A DNA stretch of 62,310 nt, the filler included. It is 6 parts of 6 records of this genome, joined end to end, with 100 filler letters (N's around TTAATTAATTAA, not from the genome) between each part and the next. Parts side by side here need not be neighbours in the genome. Positions count along the whole stretch, not along the records: positions 1 to 27,143 come from SRR31156797_15225; 5 more parts are not named here. One strand, 5' to 3'. A model generated the notes under the pieces. It saw only the letters and a list, made by a program, of their open reading frames with translations, ran no database searches and had not been told where the DNA came from. A program made the position numbers and the translations under genes. Below are positions 1-10,074 of the stretch, piece after piece (the stretch's first letter is position 1; each line of letters starts with the position of its first letter).

Positions 1-2
1 AA

Positions 3-476
3 AAAGATAATATTATTGATTTTATCAATTATCCTAAACGGATATTTCCAATTGGAAGATTAGATAAACCCAGCGAAGGCTTGATTTTTTTAACCAACGA
101 TGGCGATATCGTTAATAAGATATTACGCGCCCGAAACAACCACGAAAAAGAATATATCGTTAAGGTAAATAAACCTATTACTACTGATTTTATTCAAAAG
201 ATGAGTAATGGTGTGCCTATTTTAGATACCATCACACGAAAGTGCAAGGTGGAACAAATTGGTAAATTTGAGTTTAAGATTATTTTAACGCAAGGTCTTA
301 ACCGCCAGATCAGACGGATGTGTCAGTATTTGGGTTATGACGTGAAAAAGCTGAAGCGAATTCGAATTATGAATGTGAAACTGGATGTACCTGTAGGAAA
401 ATGGCGCTACTTAAGCAATAAGGAATTGAAGGAAATTAATCGTCTTGTGGCTGACTCCAATAAAACACATGATTGA
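3..476 (+). CDS. rluF: 23S rRNA pseudouridine(2604) synthase, 5'-truncated by window start
   Basis: Frame is open from position 3: [34 protein letters not shown]...HEKEYIV...[17 protein letters not shown] catalytic motif of the RsuA/RluF family. Confidence 0.9.
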   Translation, partial: KDNIIDFINYPKRIFPIGRLDKPSEGLIFLTNDGDIVNKILRARNNHEKEYIVKVNKPITTDFIQKMSNGVPILDTITRKCKVEQIGKFEFKIILTQGLNRQIRRMCQYLGYDVKKLKRIRIMNVKLDVPVGKWRYLSNKELKEINRLVADSNKTHD

Positions 477-487
477 TCAGCTTCCAG

Positions 488-821
488 ATTCAAAAAATCA
501 TTTTCTAGTCATAAAGAATGACTTTCAATTCCAAACTTTCATTTCGTAGGATAAAACAATGAGCTTGTAACACTAAAGATTGATTTCGTAGGCTCAAGTA
601 TTCATTTTGTAATCGCAATTATTGACTTTGTATGCTGGACTATTCGTTTTGTAGAAGCAAAGAATGACTTTGTAAGTCAAACTATTCAGTTTGTAAGCCT
701 GAATAATGAGTTTGTAATTTAAAACAATCATTTTGTAGGCTCAAGTATTCATTTTGCAGGTCTAAACAATGACTTTGCAGGCTACAATTTCATTTTGTAG
801 CTTGGAGTAATGATTTTGTAG
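488..821. repeat. Degenerate tandem array, 16 units of 21 bp (two are 20 bp), filling a convergent intergenic region
   Basis: Minus-strand units e.g. ctacaaaatcattactccaag, ctgcaaaatgaatacttgagc, ttacaaagtcattctttgctt; conserved core yTrCAAArTsAwT; 14x21+2x20=334 bp matches the span exactly. Confidence 0.9.
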
Positions 822-848
822 GCTGCCGCCATAAGCAGTTTGTACCCC

Positions 849-3800
849 CTACTTTTTCAATACTTTAAAAGCCCATTCTTTTTCTGGCGTAAACACTTTC
901 AGAATATAAAACCCTGTAGGCAAGCCAGAAACTTCCCATTGTAATTCTTCCTGATAATTTTCCTGAGCAACAGCCACTACGTTTCCTTTTACATCCAGCA
1001 ATTGTGCACTGATGATTTCGGCTCCTTCATTTACTTTAAGGTGAAGTAAGGATTCCACAGGATTTGGGTAAACCTGAATTCCTTCGCTTATATTTTCTAA
1101 CGAAGTAGTACTTAATCCACCTACGATTACAGCAAAAGAACGACTTATGCTCATGCCTTTGCCATCATCGGCAGAAATAGTAACAATAATATTTCCTTCT
1201 GCTAATGGATCCACCATTAAAATATTACCTCCGATAGTACAATCAGCAATTCCTTCCTGGTTTAAAGAAACAGTGTATATCAAATCATCTCCATCAGCAT
1301 CGCTAAAGTGATAGTTTAAATTAACTATTGTAGACTCATCTCCAACCCGCATATTTAAATCATCTAATTCTAAAATAGCCGTTGGTTTATGATTTAGCCT
1401 TACCATTACATCAAAAGTGTAGCTTACCTGATCGCCTGCTTCATCCACAGCATCAACGGTAACCTGCACACTTCCTTCTTCTAAAGGCGATAATATAAGG
1501 TTTGATTCATTTTGTACTAATGGGAACAGGATATTATTATCTGTGGAACTAACTGTATAACTGATGTAATCTCCGTCCGGATCGCTAAAGTATTTATTTA
1601 AATCAATAGTATCCTGATACGTTGTATAAATCAACATATTGCTAATTGGCGTTTCCACAATAGGTGCCATATTATTCGATATCTGTAAATTCACGGTGGC
1701 ACTTTGAACTGCATTAGCCGGATCGTTACTGTTTACGATCACTTGCGCCACATAATTACCCTCCGGCATATCACCTGCTTCAATGTTCAGATTTAGTACT
1801 TCACTTGCACCTGAATCAACAGTTCCCTGATAACTATTTGACTCCATCCAACCTTGAGCTCCTTCGGTAATTTGAATAAAGGCATCCATCATTTGATGCG
1901 TTGTTTCGTTATCTATATAGGTTCCTGCACTTGCGCCATATAATAAATAATAGATACGTTTGGTATTCGAAAGATTAAGCAATGCATGCGTATCCATATC
2001 GGTATTGTTGCTATAACTATGCACAACCGCATCATTTTCTTTTATAATGATCAAGTGATTTACCGAAGGATCACCAGTTCCGTAAACCCGCTTCACATAC
2101 CCGGTATAGGTTTCGCCATTGATGGTAGATGATAATACAGTTACATCCACGTTACCATTTCCATCGGCTCCCAAACCTCCACCTATGGCAAATTCACTTA
2201 CCTGGTTTAGATCGGCCGCAAATACAAAAAGACCATCATATTTTCTGGTGAAATACTGACCATCCACACCCATTGTATCCGAAAGCACCACTTGGTTGTC
2301 GGCATAACTAAAATGAGCTCCCACATTTGTACTCAGGTAGTTTCCATTATCAAACATATCGCCACCTCCATCAGGAATAAATTTTCCGGCTTCTCCACCA
2401 ATGAATGAAAACTTATTTGGAATATGATTGGTAATTTGCTCGTAATGTACATTTAAAGAATCCAACACCCCTTGCAGACTTTGTTCTTTTAGATGACTAT
2501 CAAAAGCCAGGTTGACTTGATAATTCAGAACAGAACCTCCTGTATTATGAATTTCAATAGCCAGACTATAGCTTTCTCCGGTGCCTAACTTAATATTTAC
2601 CTCCTGTGGGGTAATGCTCATTTCAGGTGCTTCTAGTGCCTGTGCCTTAACATAAACAGTGTCTGCTAATTCACTGGCATTACTTTGAAGCAGTAAATAA
2701 GTATCATCCGAACCAGCAGTAGTTGGTGCATAAGCTGTGTAAATCCATGCTGTAGTTCTTGGTTGAATTAAACTTTCTGACACCGTACATGTAAAATCCT
2801 CATTCGGACTTGTAACAGCGTAAATCTCCAAATTACTTGTTCCAGGATTATAAATCATCAGGCTATCTGTATGCTGATAATTCACATACTCATTCTCCAG
2901 TTCAAGCGTATCATTGGCTAAAGCCAACATTGGTATTCCGGTCACGTTTAATGTGATTGGAACAGATTCAAATTCATGAACAGGATCGTTACTGTATATT
3001 TCGATATCGGCATGATAACTTCCTTCCATTTTTCCGGAAGCATTAAAATCGACACTTAAGGCATGACTTTCTCCCGCTGCAATGCTATCTGTTGGATAAT
3101 CCGATACCCAAACCCAATCTTTTTTATTAGCAAGCCATCGCATAGCATTTAATGCAAATAATTGCTGATGATCATTAGAGAACTGATACAAGGCCTCAAA
3201 TGACGAAACAATTATTCTACCATAACCATGATTGATGGCTACTGCAAAACTTTGTTCCTGATCATCTAAAATTAAGGCAGTTCCTTCATCGTAAGTTAAA
3301 TAACTATTGGCATAATCTATTAATTCACCTGGTTCCACCCTATTCATCACGGTGTGATTTGTAGCTGTATATAAACCAGTTGCTATGCTCAATTCATTTA
3401 GCTGAACACCTATACCTGAAATTAAATTCATTAATCCGGTAGATACCTCTGCATTATTAGCTTCGATATACAAACCACCTCCGTTCTCAACCCAACTATT
3501 TAGGAAGCTGATATTTTCATCGCTTAAATAATAGCTTGAATTGGCATTAACACAAATAACATCACCTGTTTTAATTGTATCCAGCACATTGGTTACCAAG
3601 GCTCCGTTTGAAATCATGGCATCCATAAAGTCATAATTGCTGTTACCCGGTGTTTGAATATGAATTCCGGCTAGGTCAACCTGCGTTGTATCAGAAAGTA
3701 TTCCTGCAGTACTACTTATATTTTTTATCAAAACAGAATCAATGGCCAACGCACTTCCCCCATTTTGATTACTAATTATTAATTCATCTTTCAATGATTC

Positions 3801-6800
3801 TCCACTAAATAAATTGTGCGATAATCCGTTAGGCAACTCAATAACCGGAGGTAAAACACAATTTCCTGAAACTGGTATTTCATAAACAGGCGTATCCGGA
3901 TCGGAAGAATGAATCTGCAAAGTTCCTGAATAAATCTGGTTAAGCTGAGGAGTAAAATTAAGTTGGAATGCAAAGCCTTCCCCCGGAGCCATTACCATCG
4001 GCTCAAAATCGACACTAAAGGCACTATTGGTACAAACAATCTGTGATATCTCCAGTTCTCTTGTTCCATCATTTCCTATCGTAAACGAAATAGAATCTGT
4101 ATTATTTACAAAAACCTTTGGAAACCATAGATCGGTTTCTGAAACCAAAATATTTTCGATGCCAGTTATGCTTAATAACAAAGGAATATCTACAATCGTT
4201 CTTTCCGGGTCGTTGCTTTCGATTTGAATATCGGCCACATATTCACCCTGAATAATTCCTTCTGTATCGATAGTAAAATCAACACTATCATTTTCGGCTA
4301 CACCCACATACTGATATCCCGGTGCCACCTGAACTGCATGTCCATTAATTGACGCAATACATTCTTCTATGGAATTAATTAATAAGGCTTCGTGTCCATC
4401 GTAAGTCATATATTGGAATGCCTCATTCCCAATAGCTAAAAACATTCCGGTTCCGCGTTGCGACAATCCGGCATAACAATAACCATTTCCATCGTTTATT
4501 AACTGAATTGCCGGCTCCTGAATATTCAAACGACAATCTGCTTTTTGAGCGATTTCGTAACTTAAAATATTACTTGTAATTGGATGAGTCATCAGCACGC
4601 CAACAGTAGATAAAGAAGTACTGCTATAATAAGATATTCCGCTACCTTCCAGCACATCATTGTAAGCATCTTTAATTCCATCTCCCTGGATAATTAAGAA
4701 CCCACCTTTTTCAACCCAATCACGCACTGTTTGCTGATGCGATTCTAAAAAGTCTCCTGAATCATCCACGATCAACACATCCAGTTCAGATAAGTTTGTA
4801 TCCACATTGGAGGCTGTAATTTGAGTACAACTGGCTCCATTGGCAATCAAAGCATTCTTTAAATCATTATAATAGTAAACATATGAACCTAAACCTACTT
4901 TAATATTCCATAGTCTTTTTGTCAACTCATAACTTCTCTCAATCACACTCTCAACAATAGACTCTCCAGGTTCACCATCCATGATTACAGGAACAGAAGC
5001 ATATAACTCTCGTCGATTGGCTGATATTCCGTTAAAGCCAACAATATTACTTGTATCTATACCAAAAAATGGATTATTCCCTTTTTCATAAATCGCTCTT
5101 AACTCAGCGCCATAGGCTAATACTCCTCCACTAATATTACTCAAGGTTAAAAAGCTATCAATCTTCTCTCCACTTACTAAGTTAAACCGAACTGTATCTG
5201 TTGAGATAGATAGTTCGGGCGCTGCATCCACAGTCAGCTCTTTGCTAATTACATCTTTACCAAAGCAATTATCAACGCTTAATTCAACATTGTAATTTCC
5301 TGCATTGGTAAACTGATGTATAGGATTTTGCTCCATTGAGCTTTGACCATCACCGAAGTTCCAATTCCATTTATAAGGACTATTTAATGACTCATCGGTA
5401 AATGTTAACGGAAAGTCTAATGGTAAATTACCATCCAGAGTACTAAAATCAGCTACTACTGCATCGCCGTCCTCAAAACCAACGCTATTCCACTGTGCCT
5501 TAAATCCTGCTTTTGTAACCGAAGCATCAGATTTAAAAACCAACAACATGGCTCCTGAAGTCGCTGTAATGGTTTCGGTTAAATCTGTTGAACCCTTAAT
5601 GGTTTTTAATAACGGTGCAGCATCCGTGCTTCCATCATAAATATATAATCCATCGCAACAACCTTCTGTATCAAACGACTCAAACTGCAACAATATGCTT
5701 TCAGCGCAATATGGTTTAATTAAAAACTGCTGCTCTTCAAGGTTACTATAGTTTGCTTCATCACCTCCCGAGTCCAGAATATATCCACTGGCTGCTCTGG
5801 ATTGTGGCTGAACTCCCATGATAAACTCATCTGCCACATCAATCGTTCTTTGAACAGAACTACTACCATAAGAATTGCTAACGGTTAAAAAAACACTGTA
5901 GGTTCCTGCAGTATTATATGCAACAACAGGATTCGCTTCATTCGACGTGGCAGGCTCTCCTCCTTCAAACTCCCAATACCAACTGTTTGGCAGATTTAAA
6001 CTTTGATCCGTAAATGATATACTATTCTGTATGCTAACAACGGTATCCGACTGAGTGAAGAATGCTTCCGGAGCTTCAACATTTTGCTCTAATATAACCG
6101 TATAATCTTCGTATTGTCCGTAATAAGTATTGGACTGTGCATTTAAATTAGCCACATCTGCCCTGTCAGAACCCAACCTCAATCGGATAGGCTGACCATA
6201 AACCGAACCTTGCGGAATAAACACTTCACCCTGATGATCTTTTCCTGCCAGGTTTTCCCAGATAAGTTCTCCTTCATCAGAAAAGTCACCATTATTGTTT
6301 AAATCCAGCCACATGGCTACTTTCTCATTATTCGATGAACCAGTTCTTACATATACATCGTAAAGTTTTCCTTCTGTTAAGTAGGTTCTGGCTTCGCAGC
6401 TATAATCCATATAACCATCATCAGCTCCCATTGAATGATGATCTATTTCATTTAATTTAAAAATATAGATGCCACCTGTTCCTCCATAAATACTTTGAGG
6501 TGCAGTTAATGGATCAACCGGCGTTCCCATATTCGAAACCGTAATGTAATCCTTAAGCTCCACAGTATCTGCTCCATTACATTCGGATGAACCTTCTACA
6601 ATCAATTTAATATCGAATGAGCCTAAAGTTGTTAATTCAAGTGTAGGATTCTCCTCTGTGCTGTATAACTCATCATTTACATACCATTGATAACTACTTG
6701 CATTTATGCTAATGTTTTCTACCATTACTTCAGCAGGAACAGAACAATAGTATTTTTGATCCACGGTAAAACCAGCCGTAACAGCATCTGTAAAAGGCTC

Positions 6801-8408
6801 TCCAACACCTACTGCATGCCAAGCATTACTTACCTGAATCACTTCATTGGAGCATGCACCATATAAATCAACTGCAGATTGAATAGCATAAAAACGAGCA
6901 TCTTCAAAATCGCTGTATCTCGATAAATAAACAGTTAGATTGCGATAAGCAATGGCTGCTGCTGCATCAATACCAATGGCTTCAACAATATAATTATCGC
7001 CTTTGTCATTCACTCCACTTCCACCCTTACATAGCAAATAGAACCAATAGTTTTGAACCGAAGAGTTGGTATGCACACCACCGTTATCATAAGTGCCAGT
7101 TACCCAGTAATTCCCCTGATAAGTATCTGGATCCATCACGCTATTGGGATCTTCCATACTTCTGATAACACCCGTTTCATTCAGGTAAATCTTCTCCCCA
7201 ATTAAATAATTGGCAGATTCCGGATGAGCATAAAAATCAATCGCCACGCCAAAAATATCGGCAAAGGATTCATTTAAAGCGCCTGATTCATCAGCGTATT
7301 CCAGATTAGCCGTATTCGTTATTAATCCGTGTGTGATTTCATGACCTACAATATCCAAACAAATTAATGCGGAAGTACTATAGCCATTACCATCTCCGTA
7401 AGTCATTTTTTCTCCATCCCAAAATGCATTGGCATAATCTGTATCAAAGTGCACATATGACTTTAATGCAAATCCCTGATCATCTATAGAATTACGACCA
7501 AAGGTATCATAATAGAAATCATAGGTTTTTTCACTTCCATAATGCGCATCATAAGCCACTTTATCTTCCTCAATATCCCAATGATTATCCTCATCGGTAA
7601 ACATGGATGCATTTTCATAAATTGTTCCATGATTCATGTTGTAGGTAATGATACCATTACCTCTGGATGTTTCACTTAAAGTATATAAGCCGGAATCATC
7701 ATTGGTAGTAATCTCAACTGTTCCATTATACTGCGTAATTGCCGTTCCATGTGCATCAGCATGATGAATCCTTGACCTGCGTTTATATACCTGACCGTTT
7801 TTTGCATTGATATACACATACTCACGCATTAATGGCTCCAGTGCATAAACATCAATTTTATAACATAAAACAAGAGAAGAATCTGTAGGTACAAATAATA
7901 ACTCTGCGGTTGGATACATGGATGGATTACGCTCCCAGATGTAGGTCTCTGCATTCACGGCAGCAATAGCCTTTTCAATAGCTCTGTATTCCGGAATTAC
8001 TTTTTCGCTTTGAACCTGTTGCGTTTTTATAACATGACCATTAGCACTCTGAGCGGTACCATTTTTATAATGCACATGGTATCCCATTCCTTCCACCGGA
8101 ATATCATTAAAATACAGTTGGTATTTTTCATGCGTATTCCCTTGAGCATCTACTATTTTTTTCGGCTGTTTGAATTGATAATTAGAAGAAAGACCAGTTT
8201 TTTGTTTTAGCAATGCCGCATTAACTGACAAGCCTGATTTTAGAGAGTGCGAAGAAAACTCGAAGTACTCAACATTACCGTTGTGTTCATTCAACTTTAC
8301 CTTTTTCGTGCCCTGCAAAATCTGGTTAGATTGCTCTCCACTGTACACTTGTCCAAAGACTTGTGAGGTAGCAACAAATAATAATATGATGGCAATTAAT
8401 TTCTTCAA
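849..8408 (-). CDS. Large secreted M4 (thermolysin-family) metallopeptidase with PKD, GEVED, CUB and Ig-like domains and T9SS C-terminal sorting domain
   Basis: Signal peptide and propeptide; NAFW, HEITH, GALNESFAD, GGVHTNS M4 motifs; GQYEDY (GEVED); FDTEGCCDGLYIYDG (CUB); WNWNFGDG (PKD); VYPNP...GFYILKV (T9SS CTD). Confidence 0.93.
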   Translation of the reverse strand: MKKLIAIILLFVATSQVFGQVYSGEQSNQILQGTKKVKLNEHNGNVEYFEFSSHSLKSGLSVNAALLKQKTGLSSNYQFKQPKKIVDAQGNTHEKYQLYFNDIPVEGMGYHVHYKNGTAQSANGHVIKTQQVQSEKVIPEYRAIEKAIAAVNAETYIWERNPSMYPTAELLFVPTDSSLVLCYKIDVYALEPLMREYVYINAKNGQVYKRRSRIHHADAHGTAITQYNGTVEITTNDDSGLYTLSETSRGNGIITYNMNHGTIYENASMFTDEDNHWDIEEDKVAYDAHYGSEKTYDFYYDTFGRNSIDDQGFALKSYVHFDTDYANAFWDGEKMTYGDGNGYSTSALICLDIVGHEITHGLITNTANLEYADESGALNESFADIFGVAIDFYAHPESANYLIGEKIYLNETGVIRSMEDPNSVMDPDTYQGNYWVTGTYDNGGVHTNSSVQNYWFYLLCKGGSGVNDKGDNYIVEAIGIDAAAAIAYRNLTVYLSRYSDFEDARFYAIQSAVDLYGACSNEVIQVSNAWHAVGVGEPFTDAVTAGFTVDQKYYCSVPAEVMVENISINASSYQWYVNDELYSTEENPTLELTTLGSFDIKLIVEGSSECNGADTVELKDYITVSNMGTPVDPLTAPQSIYGGTGGIYIFKLNEIDHHSMGADDGYMDYSCEARTYLTEGKLYDVYVRTGSSNNEKVAMWLDLNNNGDFSDEGELIWENLAGKDHQGEVFIPQGSVYGQPIRLRLGSDRADVANLNAQSNTYYGQYEDYTVILEQNVEAPEAFFTQSDTVVSIQNSISFTDQSLNLPNSWYWEFEGGEPATSNEANPVVAYNTAGTYSVFLTVSNSYGSSSVQRTIDVADEFIMGVQPQSRAASGYILDSGGDEANYSNLEEQQFLIKPYCAESILLQFESFDTEGCCDGLYIYDGSTDAAPLLKTIKGSTDLTETITATSGAMLLVFKSDASVTKAGFKAQWNSVGFEDGDAVVADFSTLDGNLPLDFPLTFTDESLNSPYKWNWNFGDGQSSMEQNPIHQFTNAGNYNVELSVDNCFGKDVISKELTVDAAPELSISTDTVRFNLVSGEKIDSFLTLSNISGGVLAYGAELRAIYEKGNNPFFGIDTSNIVGFNGISANRRELYASVPVIMDGEPGESIVESVIERSYELTKRLWNIKVGLGSYVYYYNDLKNALIANGASCTQITASNVDTNLSELDVLIVDDSGDFLESHQQTVRDWVEKGGFLIIQGDGIKDAYNDVLEGSGISYYSSTSLSTVGVLMTHPITSNILSYEIAQKADCRLNIQEPAIQLINDGNGYCYAGLSQRGTGMFLAIGNEAFQYMTYDGHEALLINSIEECIASINGHAVQVAPGYQYVGVAENDSVDFTIDTEGIIQGEYVADIQIESNDPERTIVDIPLLLSITGIENILVSETDLWFPKVFVNNTDSISFTIGNDGTRELEISQIVCTNSAFSVDFEPMVMAPGEGFAFQLNFTPQLNQIYSGTLQIHSSDPDTPVYEIPVSGNCVLPPVIELPNGLSHNLFSGESLKDELIISNQNGGSALAIDSVLIKNISSTAGILSDTTQVDLAGIHIQTPGNSNYDFMDAMISNGALVTNVLDTIKTGDVICVNANSSYYLSDENISFLNSWVENGGGLYIEANNAEVSTGLMNLISGIGVQLNELSIATGLYTATNHTVMNRVEPGELIDYANSYLTYDEGTALILDDQEQSFAVAINHGYGRIIVSSFEALYQFSNDHQQLFALNAMRWLANKKDWVWVSDYPTDSIAAGESHALSVDFNASGKMEGSYHADIEIYSNDPVHEFESVPITLNVTGIPMLALANDTLELENEYVNYQHTDSLMIYNPGTSNLEIYAVTSPNEDFTCTVSESLIQPRTTAWIYTAYAPTTAGSDDTYLLLQSNASELADTVYVKAQALEAPEMSITPQEVNIKLGTGESYSLAIEIHNTGGSVLNYQVNLAFDSHLKEQSLQGVLDSLNVHYEQITNHIPNKFSFIGGEAGKFIPDGGGDMFDNGNYLSTNVGAHFSYADNQVVLSDTMGVDGQYFTRKYDGLFVFAADLNQVSEFAIGGGLGADGNGNVDVTVLSSTINGETYTGYVKRVYGTGDPSVNHLIIIKENDAVVHSYSNNTDMDTHALLNLSNTKRIYYLLYGASAGTYIDNETTHQMMDAFIQITEGAQGWMESNSYQGTVDSGASEVLNLNIEAGDMPEGNYVAQVIVNSNDPANAVQSATVNLQISNNMAPIVETPISNMLIYTTYQDTIDLNKYFSDPDGDYISYTVSSTDNNILFPLVQNESNLILSPLEEGSVQVTVDAVDEAGDQVSYTFDVMVRLNHKPTAILELDDLNMRVGDESTIVNLNYHFSDADGDDLIYTVSLNQEGIADCTIGGNILMVDPLAEGNIIVTISADDGKGMSISRSFAVIVGGLSTTSLENISEGIQVYPNPVESLLHLKVNEGAEIISAQLLDVKGNVVAVAQENYQEELQWEVSGLPTGFYILKVFTPEKEWAFKVLKK

Positions 8409-8573
8409 AATCTACAGAATATAATCAGTTGATTATTTTGCATTCATTCAAAATTAATCACTAATTATATTCGATTTTGAATACTTTGATAAACGGCTAG
8501 TTTTGAAGGCTAGAAAGTTGATTTTGAACCTTATTGAAGTTTATTCAAAAACTATAAAAGTCCATTATTCAAA

Positions 8574-9695
8574 TCATTCTTTTTCAATATTTATGATTTC
8601 TTCTTCCTGTGGATTTCGGTTTAAGACAAAGCGTTTATAATACGAAAATAACAAGGTCGTTATTGGCAAGGCTATCAACATTCCCAAAAGCCCTAATAAG
8701 CTACCCCAAATTGAAAGAGATAAAAGGATTATAGCCGGGTGCAAACCATAAACCCTCCCCATTATCTTTGGCACCAAAACTGTTTCCTGAATAAGCTGAA
8801 CGACAGCCATTACAATTCCTGCCAGCAATAGCACCTGCCAAAAATTCTGATTAGTTTCCATGGCTTTTAAAAGAGATAATAATATGACCGGTATTAAACC
8901 TACCACTTGCAAGTAAGGCACAATATTTAAAGCTCCAATAAACAATCCTATAATAATGGCCATAGGCAGACCAATAATCTTAAAACCAACAGCTAACAAA
9001 ACACCAACAATTAAAGCAATTAAACCCTGAGCCCGAAAATATATTTGCATACCTTCAGTTAAATCGTGAAAAATCTCTTCAATACCTTTTCTGTATTTAG
9101 GCGGAACTATACTGCTCCAGCCATCTGATATCTGTTTAAAATCGATCAATAGAAAAACCAGATAAACTAAAATGATTAACAAACTAATGACCCCTATTAT
9201 GAAATTAACAGATCCAGCAAAAACATTCCATGCCTGACCCAATACTTTTTTTAAAGAATCAGCCACACTTTCAGGGTTTAAAACGGTAGAAAAATCTGTT
9301 TTATTAATATAATTATTAATGTAATCGATTACTTCCTGAGGCAATATGGATGATACTTCTGTATGAGTGATATACTTTTTAATCAGTTGAACCATCTTAG
9401 CCATTTCTTCAAAAAACTGAGGAACCAGCCAAACCACTAAATAATAGATACCGCCAAACACCAAAACTAAACTTAACATTACTGCCAATCCCCTGTACTT
9501 CAACCTGCATTTTACTTGTAAAAAATCAACCAAAGGATTTATCAGATAAGCCAATAATAAGGCTACAAAAAATGGCACTAATGCACCACTTAATCTTTTT
9601 AACAAAAAATATGATCCCAATAAAAAAGCTACAGACAGGACCATTCGTACAACTCGGTCGAATGTATATGGTTTAGATTGTAAGTCGTTTATCAT
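8574..9695 (-). CDS. AI-2E family transporter
   Basis: Polytopic membrane protein with LAYLINP, PKIMG and GLHPAIILLSLSIWGSLLG...ALP motifs. Confidence 0.9.
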   Translation of the reverse strand: MINDLQSKPYTFDRVVRMVLSVAFLLGSYFLLKRLSGALVPFFVALLLAYLINPLVDFLQVKCRLKYRGLAVMLSLVLVFGGIYYLVVWLVPQFFEEMAKMVQLIKKYITHTEVSSILPQEVIDYINNYINKTDFSTVLNPESVADSLKKVLGQAWNVFAGSVNFIIGVISLLIILVYLVFLLIDFKQISDGWSSIVPPKYRKGIEEIFHDLTEGMQIYFRAQGLIALIVGVLLAVGFKIIGLPMAIIIGLFIGALNIVPYLQVVGLIPVILLSLLKAMETNQNFWQVLLLAGIVMAVVQLIQETVLVPKIMGRVYGLHPAIILLSLSIWGSLLGLLGMLIALPITTLLFSYYKRFVLNRNPQEEEIINIEKE

Positions 9696-10074
9696 TCTGT
9701 TTTTATTTTAGCTGGCAATATATCAAAAAAATTAGCAACAACTCTGTTACATAATAGCTATTCATTCTACATAGAAATTTAATCATCTCTTTACGTAATT
9801 TATTACTTCAATTGCTTTTCTTTGCCTCCTAAATTGTCAGTAAGTTTTTTTCAACTTAACATTGATGAAAAATAAATTGAAGAGGATTGCGTTTAATTAA
9901 ATAATAAAATTCTATTTATTGTAAATATTTGTTAATTATTGTAATTATTTATAAAAATATATGCTGGAATTGATAGGATTTTTGTGATTATTTACTTAAT
10001 TTCCTACATGTGCAAATAGCTAAACACAATACCGCATTTCACTAAATATCAACAACTAAGTATCAATAAAAATA

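Noticed and set aside
488-821. CRISPR array interpretation of the 21-bp repeats
   Set aside because: Period is only 21 bp, cores are degenerate, variable parts are ~8 nt and no cas genes are present
9696-10074. AT-rich divergent intergenic region as possible ncRNA or Fur box
   Set aside because: Only weak AT-rich dyads expected by chance at this composition
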